64,000 bases of DNA from Azolla caroliniana (GCA_043228905.1 JBHGNT010000018.1:16368001-16432000); one strand, 5' to 3'. Shown: positions 11,414 through 25,964, counted from the stretch's first letter. A program made the numbers and translations. Notes: generated from the letters alone by a model not told the origin.

Positions 11414-11803
11414 TGTTGGCCGGTCAGAAGAGCAAGGACAAGTGGGAAGGCGGAATCGGATCGGATAATAGGAAGTAAATAATAGTAGAATTATTATTCG
11501 GAGGGACGGATCCGGTACAGTTGTACCGATCCGGATCCGGACCGATTCGGATGTCGGTTGCCTAAGCGCACCGATTGTAACCTTGCCGGATGCCTATAAA
11601 AGGATCCGATGATTTGTAAAGTGTTTTGACGGAAGTAATACAATAGTAATTATTGCGTGTTTATCTGTATCTCGTATTGTTTACCGTCTGTGCTTAATTG
11701 TAATCATCTTACGCGTGTAACCTAGCATCCAATCCTTACCACCCCTTTGGAGAAGTGTCGGATAGACACCTGTGTTGAGGCTAGTCCGGCTAGACAGACA
11801 ACA
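11414..11803 (+). repeat. 3' LTR (390 bp)
   Basis: Direct repeat of 2026-2415, followed by TSD GACAT. Confidence 0.97.
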
Positions 11804-14800
11804 GACATTTGTTATTTGTAAGGGTCATTCAACCCTAAACTAATGGTCCAATCACGGTCTTTGAAGATCATGCACAAGTTATTGTAACCCACCATGTTGT
11901 AGTCGCCATAATGTTGGTTTTACCAATCTTTACTACTCGTAATTGCAAAATTGTACCAACTATTGACCAAATTTTCATTTAATACATTTTCAAATTCATA
12001 AGGGATTTAAGTAAAGTTCAAACGAAGGAAGGCATCTAGAACTATGTTTCTGTTTACTTTGTTAGGTGCTTTATTTCCATTGAGAACTAGTTGTGCATGT
12101 AAGCTATATTAGGATTTATTTTTGAAAGGAACCCACAATCAGTCTAAGTTTTGCATTTGCAACTCATGAGTGGAAACCCAATTCATCTTAGAGCACATGA
12201 TGTTCTCAAGACTATAAGTGAAGGCTCCACAATAAGAGATAGCCTAAGAACTAATGGTCTTATAATTATGTTATGCAAATTCTTAGTTCATATTGACAGG
12301 TTTTCCGTCATATGCTACAAATCAACTAGCTTATTAGCTGGAAGAATTACGAATGATTTTGAAAGCCCAAGATTAGCATGACTACAACTTTATAAAGATG
12401 TGAAACCACATGTCTAACGAATTCCTTCTATGACTTGACCACCAACATCTAAATATCATTTGTACAACTTATGTTTGGGATCTTAATGATTCCTACCCCT
12501 AATAACTACAAGCTCTATATTAATCAAGTTCGTTGCAAATTCTCTTATGGATATTGATGGTATTCATAAATCAATCTCTTTTTTTCTCCTATACACAAAC
12601 TAGTGCTAACCTTCCTATTTCTAGGGTTTTTAGGCTTTATTTCTACCCAATTCGGGAAGATGGTTCTCTTAATGAATTGCTATACAATGGTACCTAAATA
12701 ATAGAGGCCTATTTTTTTAGTTTACCCAAGAATATATGATGGAAGTGAAGGAACGCAATATCCTCCTCAAGGATGCCAATAGTTGGATAAAAGACTTCAA
12801 TGATTACTCTGTTAAATTTTTTCTTAAAGGCATTCACATTAATTTCAAATGTGGGGTCGCAACATCAAAAAATTACTGACAATCATTTGAACTTTTTCCT
12901 TCATTTTAGTAGCAAGTGTGCATCATGTGCTTACTTAGTAAGCACATGAATGCAACAACTTTGGACATATACCTCATGGTGCATTAAAATATTGGCACTT
13001 CTTTAAGCACATACAATCAAAGTGTCAAAAGTGAAAGGGATAAAGAGAAGAAACGACATTTCTTGGAGAAGCAAAGGAATATAGGAAAGCGTTGTGGTCA
13101 CAACAAATAAGATTGATGTAGTGTGTCTTTAGTTGACAAAATTAATACTCAAAACTTTGGGTGATCTCTTTTAGATATTGGAAAAGGAGAATCCATCTAA
13201 GCTTTGGGCCCCTTTCACTTGCATATATATTACACATGCGGTAAAAGTGGATTCCACGATTGCTTTCACTAAACATAACCACATACTTAACAAAAGTAGA
13301 TTCTATTATTAGTGCCACATAGATTTGTTTATGTGTGTTCTTCAATTGTGGTACGAAAACTTAAGCCTAAATATTCGTGTAACATAAAATAACTCTTTGC
13401 ACTAATAATTATGTGGCATACACAATGCCCCATCACTTAAATTTGTGCAATAGAAATATAATTGTCACATTTTATATTCCATGCTTGTAACATCGATATT
13501 AAACTAATTCCTTGTAGGTTTGCATTTAGTTTGTATTAGAAAGAGAAAATAGAAACTATGTCCAAAGCACATGTAGGCCATGGATTGCGTGTTGTTGGCA
13601 ATATGCAATCATGAAACAATCGCTTGCTTCTATTAAATATTTGATATTTGTCATCAACATATGATCCAAAGAATCCACTAGAACACAATGGACAAAATGC
13701 CAAACTACTCCAATAGAACCTAATTATTTTTGCTAATATTTAAGACCAAACGTGGAATGTATATGGAATCTCCTATGTTGTTATGATGAGTTCAGCCTAA
13801 GCTTGTGGTAGTTGTCATTAAGAGAACTAAAGAATGCCACTTATATTACTATTTTGCTTTGCAATTATTATTATAATCTAGGTGACAAAAAAAGTGTGTT
13901 GTACATAGAATGATATGTGCAACATAAGTGATATTTATACATTTGACAATGAGATGGTGATGGAAGGAGGATAGGATTAAATCAAGGGCACATTATTGAA
14001 AAAATTAGAAACAAAGGAATATGGATAGACAAAGGGGGGATGAGAAACATGAGCTAGGGGTGATCATAAATATGAGTCCGTTTAGCATGGTTTGTGTAAA
14101 AGGAGACAAACACTAGTTCTTTCTTTTTCTTTTTCTTTTTGGGGGGGGGGGGGGGGGTGGGGGGCGGGATGCATTACAGCACTTATGCTCTAATCATTTT
14201 ATGTGGTAGAGAACATATCAACATATTAAATTATTTGTGTGCAATAAGTGACACTTGTAGTTCAATAAAGACTTGTTTATATTTGTCAAGTGATGATAAG
14301 ATCATGATGATGTGGTGATGGAGATTAGGGCCAAGACAATGTTTAAATTTCAAACCCATTCTAGGCTTGCTTCAGAAGGATCCAAAAGTTTTCAAGGTTG
14401 GAAAAATGGAAACCAAAGAAATGCCATACGTTGAAAAAAATTACAAGATGTAAAACACACGGGAATTCAAAATACCCTTGAGCTTTTCAATACCTTTGCA
14501 ATGGCCCCAAATTTTCATTATTTTCCCGAACATCTTGGTCAACCCCCAAAATAGAGAAAATGGGAATTAATGGATCATATAAATCCTAAATAAGGAATAT
14601 AATTGATAAAAGAGGAGATGGAAATTTGATCAGATAATTGCTCAAATAATATATATGTTTTCTTGATTGAGAGTATTCCCTCTATAATATTAAAACTTTG
14701 AGGGCTCATCGTACAAATTAAAAATGAGGCTTCATGGTTGAATGCAAAGTTTTCGATAGGCTTGATTAACCAAAATTTCTCCTTTATAGATCATTAGTGC

Positions 14801-15680
14801 AATATCAATCAATATTATTTTTATTTCAAATGAAACGTTTCATGCAATATAATAGATATAAAAAAATCTCTCTCTCATGTAAAGAGTTTGTCCAATATAA
14901 AGAAACCAACAATGGGTGCAAGCGAAAATAAAATTTTATGTTCTATGTAAGATGATAACTAAGATGATGAGGAACACTTTTGATGTAATATCAACTTTTT
15001 TTATTTGATATAATTCCCAATACCTCGACATACTCCACTTAGTCGGACAATCTTGGTCTACCAAGGGGATGTTTCCATGGTTTAAAAGCTACATCACTTA
15101 CTCCAACATGTCAATAGTAAGTATTATCCATTGGAGTAGGAATTACTATTGACATGGTGGAGTAATTGATGGATAGGACTTACTATAGACATATAAGTTA
15201 AAAGGCATATAGGTTTGGTTATTGCTTTGCCCAACCCTTGCATCAATATGTAGCATTCATGTTCTAATATCGTGTAATTGTTGTTCATGGTCAAAAACAA
15301 CACTGAGAATATAAGTTCATATTATAAGAATATATAGTTTTGGGGACGGTGGAGGAGGCCACCGCCCCACAATATTTTAATAAAAGGAAGGCAGCCCAAG
15401 TATGAGCATCTACATGTAAGTGATAAGATGTAACCCAAGAGAGACAGATAGTGAAAGAGATAGAAGGGGGGACAAATATTTTAATAAATTGCGAATAGTA
15501 TGGGCTTCAATAAATAAGCAAGCAAACTAAGGCCTAGGAACTAGCCATACCTAGTTTGTATGACAATAAGGGCGAAGTGTCACTAAGTAACTAGAAGAGT
15601 GAATGTACTAAGTGCTTCATTATATACATACAATAACATATAGGATAAATTCCTCATTGTTTTTCTTTATCAATCAACAA

Positions 15681-18600
15681 ATGGCAAAGGGTGGTGGTGA
15701 GTTAGAGGGTAGGGATTATGTGGATCCACCATCGGCGCCATTGTTCGATGCGGGCGAGTTAGGTCGTTGGTCATTCTATCGTGCACTCATTGCTGAGTTT
15801 GTTGCCACTCTCCTCTTCCTTTACATATGTGTTGCAACTGTCATCGGTGTAGTCCAATCGGAATCATGTGGAGGCGTCGGAATCCTCGGGATCTCTTGGG
15901 CCTTCGGTGGCATGATCTTTGTTCTTGTCTATTGCACTGCAGGCATCTCTGGTATAAATCATAATTTATACTTTTAATATCTTCCTCTTTAATTTTTTAT
16001 TACCAAAATACCCCCCTTTTTCTAAAATTAAATCCATTGAACACAAACAATTGGAACATTATGATTGATAGCCAAATTAACTCTAATAATAAGAAATAAG
16101 GGGGTATTTACAATAATTTAGAGGGTTGGTGGGGTGAATTGTGAAAAGATTAAGGCTATCCTAGTGTTTTCCTATGCAAAAATCCAATGAATTTTGTTGG
16201 TGTTCTCCTATAAGCTACTTTGTGCAGAAAGAAGTCTAGGTCATGAGCATTCTAATTCCATGATTCAATGAAGTGAGTTAGAGACCACGGTAATGATTTG
16301 TGATATTGTGTAGTCATTGAACTAAATTCTAGGATGGCCAATTGTACATTAATCTAACTATTATTACTAGCTAAAAAATGTAATTACACAATACTTGTTC
16401 TTTGCCCTTGGGTTTAGGAATTACGGTATCCATTTTAAAATTTGGTTAGGAACTGTGTTAATTCCATTCAAACAAGGTAAAAGAAAGCTATCAAATGGCT
16501 GCCCTATATTTTAGTAAGAAATAGCTGAGAAAGTGAGAAAATTTAACACAATACCATATTGTAATGCACAATATAAAAGCATTGTACTTTATGTATATAA
16601 TAGAGATTTAGGCTCCCCACATATAGTTATTACTTATAAACTCACATAGTTGGCCAATTCAAATGCGAGATAGAGCTTATTTTTTATAGCATTAAGGTTG
16701 TGGGTTCATATCATGAAAGATTGGATTGATATCAATCATCATATTATAAATTCTGTAATCTTAGTTTGAGTTTGTGCACATTAACAAATTGCTCTGTTAA
16801 AATTTGACCAAGACATGAAGTATGCCAACTACATAATGGTGTTGTCCTTTGGGTGAGCCTGGAAAATGCAACAATTTGTTATAAATTAACGTAAAGTCAC
16901 AAAAGAATTCACATGAGGGTTTGGGTAAACATCTCTCTCAAACAAATTTGAGCATTATCGAGTATGTTTGTGTTATTTTCTTTGGGAGATGATATATGTA
17001 CATGAAATAGTTTTGATGTGTTAATTCACGTTCTTTCGATATATATATATATATATACATGAAGTGTGTGCATGTTTGCATGTGCAGGGGGACACATCAA
17101 CCCAGCGGTCACATTCGGGCTATTCTTAGCACAAAAGGTATCACTACCACGTGCTATCGGCTACATTATAGCCCAATGTTTGGGTGCGATTTGTGGGGTT
17201 GGTCTTATCAAATCCTTCCAACGATCTCTATATGTGGCATCCGGTGGTGGTGCTAATGTTGTTAACCCTACCTATTCCAAAGGCGTAGGCCTAGCTGCAG
17301 AGATCATTGGCACATTTGTGCTTGTTTACACGGTTTTCTCTGCGACAGATCCTAAGCGTAATGCACGTGATTCCCATGTCCCGGTAAGAATCTATAATGC
17401 GTATATGCATAATTGCATTTAACAATGCATTAGGAATATGTTTTGATGCTTTACATTATTGATTCTTATAACATGTTTGTATTACTCTCTAAGATTCTCA
17501 AAGTGACTTCTTTTGAACTTAATGAAAGCACATGTGTGAGTCTTTCTACATTTCTAATCTTCACATCTGTAGAGGCAAACTTTTGAAACGTTTTTAAAGT
17601 TAAAAGGAATGATACTTCACAAATTTATAAAAGATATGATGTTTACTTTCACGTATTGTAATTACTCAGTAGCCCAAATCTTAGACAGGTAGGAATAAAA
17701 TAGTATATTGAGCATAAATTCCGTATTCCCACCTATTCATGTATATGTCTCTATACATCTCATGGTTGCACTGTGCACACATAAACATGATTCCTTGTTA
17801 AGTTCTTCCATCTTCATACATGCTTCTACCAACCATGCACTTATGATAATTCCATTTAACCTCTAATACTACGATCTCGTTGGCATCCAACCCATTTTTC
17901 ACTGTTTGCAAATAAGAGGGGGTTTCTTTGTAGAAAAAGGTTTTTGGGCTCCTTTAATGTGTGAAAAAGCATCAAGCTCACCCAAGGACAAAACATCTTG
18001 AAATCATTACATGGGCATTCAATCAAGGAAAAACCTTGTGTACAAGGAACATTTTGTGATTGAAAAGGCATCTAGCAGAAGAAGATTTCAAAATCATTAT
18101 ACTTTTTCTTAAACAAGAAAATGACAAAGTGAAAGAATATATATTTCCTATTTTTTATAAAGATAACAATGACATCTTATGACACTTTTCTTTAAAATGA
18201 AGGCTTATAATTATGCCATTAGTTTTTAAGCTTTTATAATATCTAGCTCAATAAATTTCATTTGGGAGTTGATTTACAAAAAACTTTTATTTAATAACAT
18301 GTTATTGATATAAACATTTTAACAGGTCTTAGCTCCTCTTCCCATTGGATTTGCTGTCTTTATGGTTCATTTGGCAACCATACCCATCACAGGAACAGGG
18401 ATTAACCCAGCTCGAAGCTTTGGTGCTGCTGTCATTTATGGTCACAAGCAATCTTGGGACGACCATGTAAGAGAAGTCATATGTATATAGTCATATAACC
18501 ATGACATTATGTTATTTACATGTTTGTACACTAAGTTTTTTTCTTTGCTTGTAAAATGTAGTGGATATTTTGGGTTGGACCCTTCATTGGTGCAGCTATT

Positions 18601-18681
18601 GCTGCAGCTTACCATCAATACATATTGCGTGCTGGAGCATTTAAAGCCATGGGATCATTCCGTAGTCAACCAAACTTTTGA
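15681..18681 (+). CDS. PIP2: Plasma membrane intrinsic protein 2 (PIP2) aquaporin, 275 aa; join(15681..15951,17088..17383,18326..18466,18562..18681)
   Basis: DYVDPP...[39 protein letters not shown] and C-terminal GSFRS motifs. Three GT-AG introns at the usual PIP positions. Exons of 271/296/141/120 nt sum to 828 nt in frame. The short N-terminus is typical of PIP2. Confidence 0.96.
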
Positions 18682-19597
18682 TACACCTTGTGTATTTGAT
18701 TAAATACCTACATGCATTTGTTTGCACCTAAGGAAGGCACCCACCTACAAGTAATTTGTTATGGGAACAAAAAACTTCACAAGCAATAATCGCCACCACC
18801 ATCAACCTCATTGTAAAATAACTTTTTTAGTATCTCATTTATAGATTATGCTTGATATCTATAGTGAACTAGTCCCATAATGTATGAGGCCAAACTCTAT
18901 AGATATGAGTATACTCTTCTTATTTTATCCACACCTGTCATTTAAGTTTCCAATGTAGAAAAAAATGTGTTTTCTTTTGAATGTTCCACATATAGAAAAT
19001 GCCACATGTTTATTCCATACACTTTACTTTTGAATGTTCCTATTTTCTTGGTACATACTGTGACTATTATATTTGCAGTACGAGTTACGTGTCTTCTATA
19101 AGTATGTTAATATGTATTTTTATTACAGTGGTGGTACATATCGTGGAGAAGCATGATAACAAAAGTGGTAGCCATTAGTAAGTTGTGTTTGTGGACCTAC
19201 TATCCACCTACTATGTAGTACTTGTCTATTTTGATCATATGAGAATTTAATTCAAAGTACAACAAAAATCAAAATATCACAAGGATACACCATATTGACT
19301 ACAAACATCTTTGTAAGAATCCTATGTTGAGGCACTATAGAGTCTAAATACGAGAAAACAAGAAATTTTCCAAATATGATAAACATTTTGATAACAATCT
19401 TATGTTGAAGCATTAGAGGCAATGATTTGTTATATACAAGTTATAAGAATTTATAACTTAGGAGACATTAAATTAAAAAAACATATTACATATACTTCAT
19501 AACATCTAACTTCTATGATATTTTTAGAGGTAAATTTTGGTGAATCTTAAAATAATCTTGATCATATAATATGAAGTTACTAGACTCTTGAAAAGCA

Positions 19598-19632
<35 letters not shown>

Positions 19633-19826
19633 GTGAAAACACACCATTATATTAATAAATGTGTGTAAAAAACACTACTTACAATGGGTGTGACAATGGA
19701 GTATGGTCACCCACTAACTACACCACATGGGTAGTGGAACATGTTGAATTGCCAATAGGCAAGACGAACACTCCAGTTAGGAAAGAATTTCCACTTGTGC
19801 CAATAACGAAAATTGCCACATTAGTA

Positions 19827-20998
19827 CAATAACCATTTGGTTAAGTGTGTGTCCACTTAAGTGTGCCATTCTATTAAGTGCGCTTTTTATAGAGGTCAAA
19901 ATCCAGATCATGAAAATTTCATTGTTTCATGATTACATTACATAAAACCAAATTGAAACTATGTGCTAAACATTCAAAAAACAACAAAATGGTCAACATT
20001 CAATAAAATTGATATTGTGAACCACAAAATGAATTGAACTTCGATCTGGCATTCCTACCATTACATAGGTTGGGCGTGGGTCTATGAAGCGAAAGTGGAC
20101 TCATATTGGGGGAAGACTATTACTCGATTAATAGCTCATTATGTGAGCTCACGTTAGGGGAAAGCTATTAATCGATTAATAACTCATTATATGGACTCAC
20201 ATAAAGGAAAAGCTATTAATCGATTAATAGCTCATTATGTGGACTCACATGAAGGAAAAGCTATTAATCGATTAATAGCTCATTATGTGGACTCACATGA
20301 AGGAAAAGCTATTAATCGATTAATAGCTCATTATGTGGAATCACATGAAGGAAAAGCTATTAATCGATTAATAGCTCATTATGTGGACTCACATGAAGGA
20401 AAAGCTATTAATTGATTAATAACTCATTATGTGAACTCACATAAAGGAAAAACTATTAATTGATTAATAGCTCATTATGTGGACACTCACACGAAGGGAA
20501 AGCCGTTAATTGATTAATAGCTATTGATATATTAACACAAGTATTTGGATTCAAATCCCTACTTTTAGGTATTTTTGTTGCACTATCTCAGCCAAGTACG
20601 TGGATCGTTTCTCCTAAACCACATGCCACATATCAAAATAACGACATCACGCACAACCTCCAAATAGTTACCATCTAAGATATGCAGAGATTCAGGCCAT
20701 CTTGACTATGCACAAGACCTCCCTTCTCTTCTTTCTCTCGTATTCATACCATAGACACCAAAAAATAGACATAGGAAAGAAACGTGGGGAGTGACATGGA
20801 TTGCAGCAGTGTGGGAGCAATTACAGCAGCAAGGAAGGCCTCAACAATGGCTGTTGGGATTGGGTTTTCTCAAAATTAGAATAGGAAAGAAAAATTTGAA
20901 ATTTTCTTTTTTGACTAAAAAAGCCCTAAATGCACATCTCTGTTAAGTGCACACCTTTCCCTTGCGTTCAAAGTGCGCACTTAACTGAATATCTACTA
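19827..20998. mobile_element. Non-autonomous Tc1/mariner (pogo/Tigger-like) DNA transposon with TA TSD
   Basis: Degenerate TIRs: TA-caataaccatttggttaagtgtgt versus the reverse complement of the right end, TA-tagtagatattcagttaagtgcgc. Repeated ttaagtg subterminal motifs. Removing the element and one TA restores the LINE reading (ttgaagggagTActaatgtgg on the minus strand). Confidence 0.75.
20095..20522. repeat. 48-bp tandem minisatellite, about 9 copies, built around a 22-bp palindrome
   Basis: Unit gtggactcacatgaaggaaaagctattaatcgattaatagctcattat; AGCTATTAATCGATTAATAGCT is self-complementary (perfect in central units, slightly varied in outer ones). Confidence 0.95.
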
Positions 20999-23900
20999 TA
21001 CTCCCTTCAATTTTCGGTGATATGCTTTCACTCCACGTCTACCATCGAATACAAAAGCGTTGCGCATGTTCCAATTATGACGCAATCCCCAATATCTTAG
21101 AAATAGAAAAACAATCTCCATCTTTGATTTTGGGTCAACCTATGTAAATTGTGCAAACACCCATTGTCTAGGTGTCAAATAACACCGTGATAAAACTTGT
21201 CAAATTTGAGAAATGTAACTCCAAATCTGACATTGTATAAATTGATGAGTATTATCTTCCATTTGAACAATGCAAAAAAAGAAATTACTCGTTGCTAGTC
21301 CACGATGCTTTAAAGCTAATCCCAAAGACAATCCTCCAATCAAAACTCTCCAAATGAAGACCTTTGCTACAATTGGCAATTTAGAATGCCAACTACGTTG
21401 GAAGATTTGCCACCACCCAGATCAGATTTGTGTATTTTCCCTTCTTCTTCAGCCTTAGAGGATAGTCATCCAAGAGACTCAACAAAGCATTGATACAAAA
21501 GATTAGTAGTCACTTGTAACAACGATGTTTGACCGTGTAAACACTAATCAATCCACGGTTGTTCTCCTGTTTGTAGAGGTAAGGAACCTTGCATCAATGC
21601 AATATAATTTGTAGTTGTTGCCAAAAAAACCCATAATTAGGCGGGATGCGTAATAATTGTCTCGCTTCAACAAAGTCCAAAATTCTTTGAGATGGAGCCT
21701 TAACTATATCTCCCACCTATTTGACCCCCAAACAAAACAAACAATTAAATTGAGAGCGCAATCTCTCATTTCCTGGTCAACATAATAATCGAGAAGACAC
21801 AAGTAACTCTTTTTGCAAAGAATTACAATGCTCTCTACTTGATGATGGTTTCCATACACATAACAAGTGTGCTTCTTGTATATGCTTTTTAGATTTGTAA
21901 TGGAAACTATGGTGTAGTTTAAAAAAAAAACAAGAATGCTTCTTGCCATGAAGTAACAAAGTGTTGAACACATGAAGAGCCTAGAATCCTAAGTGAAATA
22001 CATCCATTCAGTAATTGCCACCATGAAGCCTTAATCATTGTCCTCCCATGTGTTAAAACCTTGTTCTCAATGAAATATTGAGCAATAGATATCCATGGTT
22101 GTGAGTTTGAACACATGTATTGTAATAATGAAAATCTACAAGCCATCATATGCATAGGGGTTGCGAGATGATTCCACGCAACCCATGTGATTCCCATCTT
22201 ATCCCTCTTCTTCCACAACAGATATCGAAGAGGTTGCAAAACAGAATGCAAAGCCTTCTTTGTCCATGGCAACAATGACAAGTAATATAATATCATGGGT
22301 TCCATAATACATTGTACAACTGTCAAGCATACATGAAATGGCCAAGATTGTGACCATTTGTAACATTCATTTCTAATGGATATCCCAAGTGTCGAAAAAT
22401 AGAGCCTTTCTTCACCATGAACGTTCCCATCCTAAACATTCCAAATCCCTTTCAGTACATGATATGAGCCTAGACTTCCTCCAATTAATATATAATCTGA
22501 GCCAATGCAAATTGGCTCCATACAAGCATCCCCTTCTCAAGATTCTCTCATGAGGCTTGTAGAAACATGAAAGAATCATCAACCAAAGCTTATGATACTA
22601 GTTGCCCTCCAGACAAAAGCTGTAGACCCACAATGTCACCATTTGTTGCAAGCCTTGACAGTATCAATAACAAGGGATGAGTAACAATATCAAACAACAA
22701 TGGGCTAAGAGGGCATCCTTGACGAACGGATCTTGTGAGTGCAATATGTGATGTAACCCCCCCATTAAGCATTACTCGAGACATCACATCTTGTCCTAAT
22801 AAAAATATGAGGCGAGACATACGAGGTCCAAAGCCCATTGTATGCATTAACCCAGAAACAAGGGACCAATTAACATGATCATAAGCTTTCTCCAAATCTA
22901 ATTGCACTATAATCAATTCTTGATGAGTGTTTTGAGCATAATCCATGGCCATTTGAACATTCAACACATTATGCAATATATTCCTACATGCAATAAAACC
23001 ATATTTGGCAGGTTGTATCAACTTTGGTAAATACTTTTGTAATCTATTTCCCAAGACCTTTGTAAATATCTTATACAACCCCCCCCCATCAAAGAAATAG
23101 GTCTCCATTGATGAAATAACTTTGGAGATGCCACCTTTGGAACTAATTTAATTAGACCAACCTTCCAAGATTGAGGCATACAACTAGAATCCCAATAATG
23201 TTGAAACATCAAAGTTAAGGGTCCCTTTAAAATGTTCGAATATCGCTTAAAAACTTCATATGTGAAGCCATCCCAACAAGGCCTCTTACCACTAGGAAGA
23301 TGCCTTAAAACCATGTCCACGTCATCCTCAGTGAAATCCGCATCCAATTCATGACTAATGAGGTCATGCATAATACATCCAACCACATCATAAAACTCAT
23401 GATGTGCTCTACCCACCTCATTTGTCATTAACAATTGTGGGACAATCAACTTCTTAAAGTAATGAACACATATGTCAATTATTGTAGTAGGATCCACTAT
23501 CAATTCAACCTCTTGCTTCACATGTACCAGATTAGATCGAGCATAAGTAGGATGTAACTATTGGAAAAACAAATGAGATTGGCATTTGATTATCTATGAG
23601 CCCATCCCTCAATTGATGCATCTTTGCATAATGATAACTTTGGCATTGCAACTGAGAAATAATAACCTACAATTGACTTTGGATATCTAAAAGCTCCTCA
23701 TCTAATGGTGCATGTATCGATAATGCATTACACCTAGAGAGAACTTGTGAGAATTGTAAAAGAATACCTCTTCTTTGTTGAGCATTAGTTACTCCATACA
23801 TACGATGAATGATGTTAATGTTTTGTAATGTGATATCCCATGCTTTAACTCCTTTAAGATTCACTTCTTTTGAAAAATTTACCAAAATTTTCTCCATGAA

Positions 23901-25924
23901 GGAATCAAAGTGAGGTTGAAGCAAAAGAGAAGAGTTAAAGCATAATGACAGCTTTCCAAGTAAGGATTTATAATCGTCAATTGCATGATTACAAACCTAC
24001 AAACAAATAGGAAAGTGATATGAAGTTCCTACATCTTGTAGAACTGTCATACAAAGTGATGTTGGTAAAAAAGAATCATCATGCATCACATAAATTCTAT
24101 CTAACTGACTCTATGTTTGTCTATAATGAGCAGATTGAAAAGTAAAACCTAGATCATTCCCATGCAACCACGTCTAAACATCCAACTTCAAAACCTCGAT
24201 AGCCAATGAATCTCAAACAAGTTGCTCAAGTTCATCCATGATTGAATGTTCAAATGTAGATTGAGATGCATCAACACATGTTAAAATCACCCATAAATAA
24301 TCCTGGACGACCCACACATAGGGTTTGACAAAGTGGGCCCCATAATGCAATACATTGAGTGGCTTGGTTAGGGGCATAAATCCCACCCACCCACACAACC
24401 TCACCAAAAAATGTGATTTCTAGAACCAAAAATCGGCCATAAGGAGGATCATTATGCACCACTTGAGGATAATATTTATCCTGCACGATTAATACCACAC
24501 CTGAATAAGGATTATTTCATGCACTGTGGATCCTGCTAACTCATTGCACTTATGCCCAACTACATAATACATCCCATTCTTTACTTAACAAAGTTTCCCA
24601 TAATATATACTTCTTATGAGGAGAACATGCCCCTCTCACATTCCATGTTTTTCCATATCCATAGATTGACTTCCCTTATTCGTAGGGCCCAAACCTTGAA
24701 GTGAGACCTCTTTATAACCTGCTCTAGATGATGTTCCTTCATCCATGACAACCACAATATTTGACACACCAACATCTCTCCCAACTCCTTCATTACGAAC
24801 CTCTATTGTTGAAGGACAATGGCGATGGCATTCCGCCAGAAAGTGACCCCATTCACCACATCCAAAACAATGACCTGGAAATGTCTCCCACTTCAATTGA
24901 AAACAAAGTCTTTTCATACCAAGTGTGTTCATATGCACCCAACTTGGCCTCTTATGACTTGTATCCCATAACACACAAAATCTGCACTTATTTGTAGCAT
25001 TTGCATGTGGAGATACCAACACTTTACCCATTTGACTCATCAACTCTAGTAAAAGTGGCCATAAAAAAACATGCTTACAATCCACTATTACCCAAACATG
25101 GCATTCTTGTTTTAACAAAGCATGACAGTCCACTACGGGGGACCATTGCATTACATGCACTAATCGTTTATCAAAAAACATAGGAACTTTAGCCAACAAT
25201 GCACTTCGATGTTTTGGTGAACGAAATACTACATCATAAAACCCTCGTGGTCCTACATATATATTTTCAACACAATTTGGTGACATGATTGTGTTCAACC
25301 ATTGTTTAATCCAATTAATGTATGGGAGTTTCCTAGTAAAAATAATATAATCGCATGATCATAGAATACATTAAAAGATTGCAACAATGCCTTAGCATCA
25401 ACTTCCACATCAATGCATTCTTTCGCTTCATTTTCATTTTCTTCCACAATATCAGACAACAAGGTATTGGCAATTCCCCAATAATTATCCCAATTTCAAT
25501 GACCCTTGTCAATCTCATCTACATTACTTTGACATATCATGTAAATTTTTTCTCATTAATTTCCTCATTACCCTTAAACCTCTTAGAGCTTCCAATGTCT
25601 TCCCTTTCACGATTACATTCAACCATCACATTACTCTTTTTATTATCAATTGTTTCCATATCAATGTCCCCCACAATTTGTGAGGAATTCATGTTTATAT
25701 CCATTATTCTTGATGTGATTTCGATCCGGGATAAAAACAATTTTCCATGAACAAGAGAGACAACCGGAACTCACCCGATTGAAGAGGTCGAAAATGATGA
25801 AGACAATCGAAGACCTGCAATCTAATGCTTATCTTTGTGCCCAATTCCGTTGTCGATAGAGAGCGCAACAATAAAAACAAATTCGCTTCTTCTTCTTCCC
25901 CTCTCCACTCTTGCTTTTTCTTCT

Positions 25925-25964
<40 letters not shown>

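Larger units (their letters stand above)
2026..11803 (+). mobile_element. Full-length, young, non-chromoviral Ty3/Gypsy LTR retrotransposon with an extra 3' ORF
   Basis: 390-bp LTRs (2026-2415, 11414-11803) with TGTTG...CAACA ends and one visible mismatch. 5-bp TSD GACAT (2021-2025, 11804-11808). PBS TGGCGACCAC at 2422-2431, consistent with tRNA-Arg. Domain order gag-PR-RT-RH-IN, no chromodomain seen. Confidence 0.97.
19630..25920 (-). mobile_element. Degenerate L1-type LINE (ORF1 with DUF4283-like region and zinc knuckle; ORF2 endonuclease-RT), interrupted by a MITE
   Basis: ORF1 fragments ~24636-25740 (GPRGFYDVVF, CFGCGEWGHFLAEC). Endonuclease IYAPN and GDFN (24271-24498). RT WRPISL, LDLEKAYDHVNW, VRQGCPLSPLLF. 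The C-terminal reading (WNMRNAFVF...LKGVLMW) continues across the 19827-20998 insertion. Confidence 0.85.

Noticed and set aside
11809-15050. Genes or TEs in the AT-rich region upstream of PIP2, including the poly-G at ~14141-14164
   Set aside because: No motifs or termini could be supported by eye.
15341-15370. GC hairpin as a Helitron 3' end
   Set aside because: No CTRR terminus at the expected distance.
20191-20415. 74-aa repeat protein ORF
   Set aside because: An artefact of the 48-bp unit being a multiple of three.
20095-20522. CRISPR array (palindromic repeats at regular spacing)
   Set aside because: The intervening 26-bp segments are near-identical rather than unique spacers, there are no cas genes, and the context is eukaryotic.
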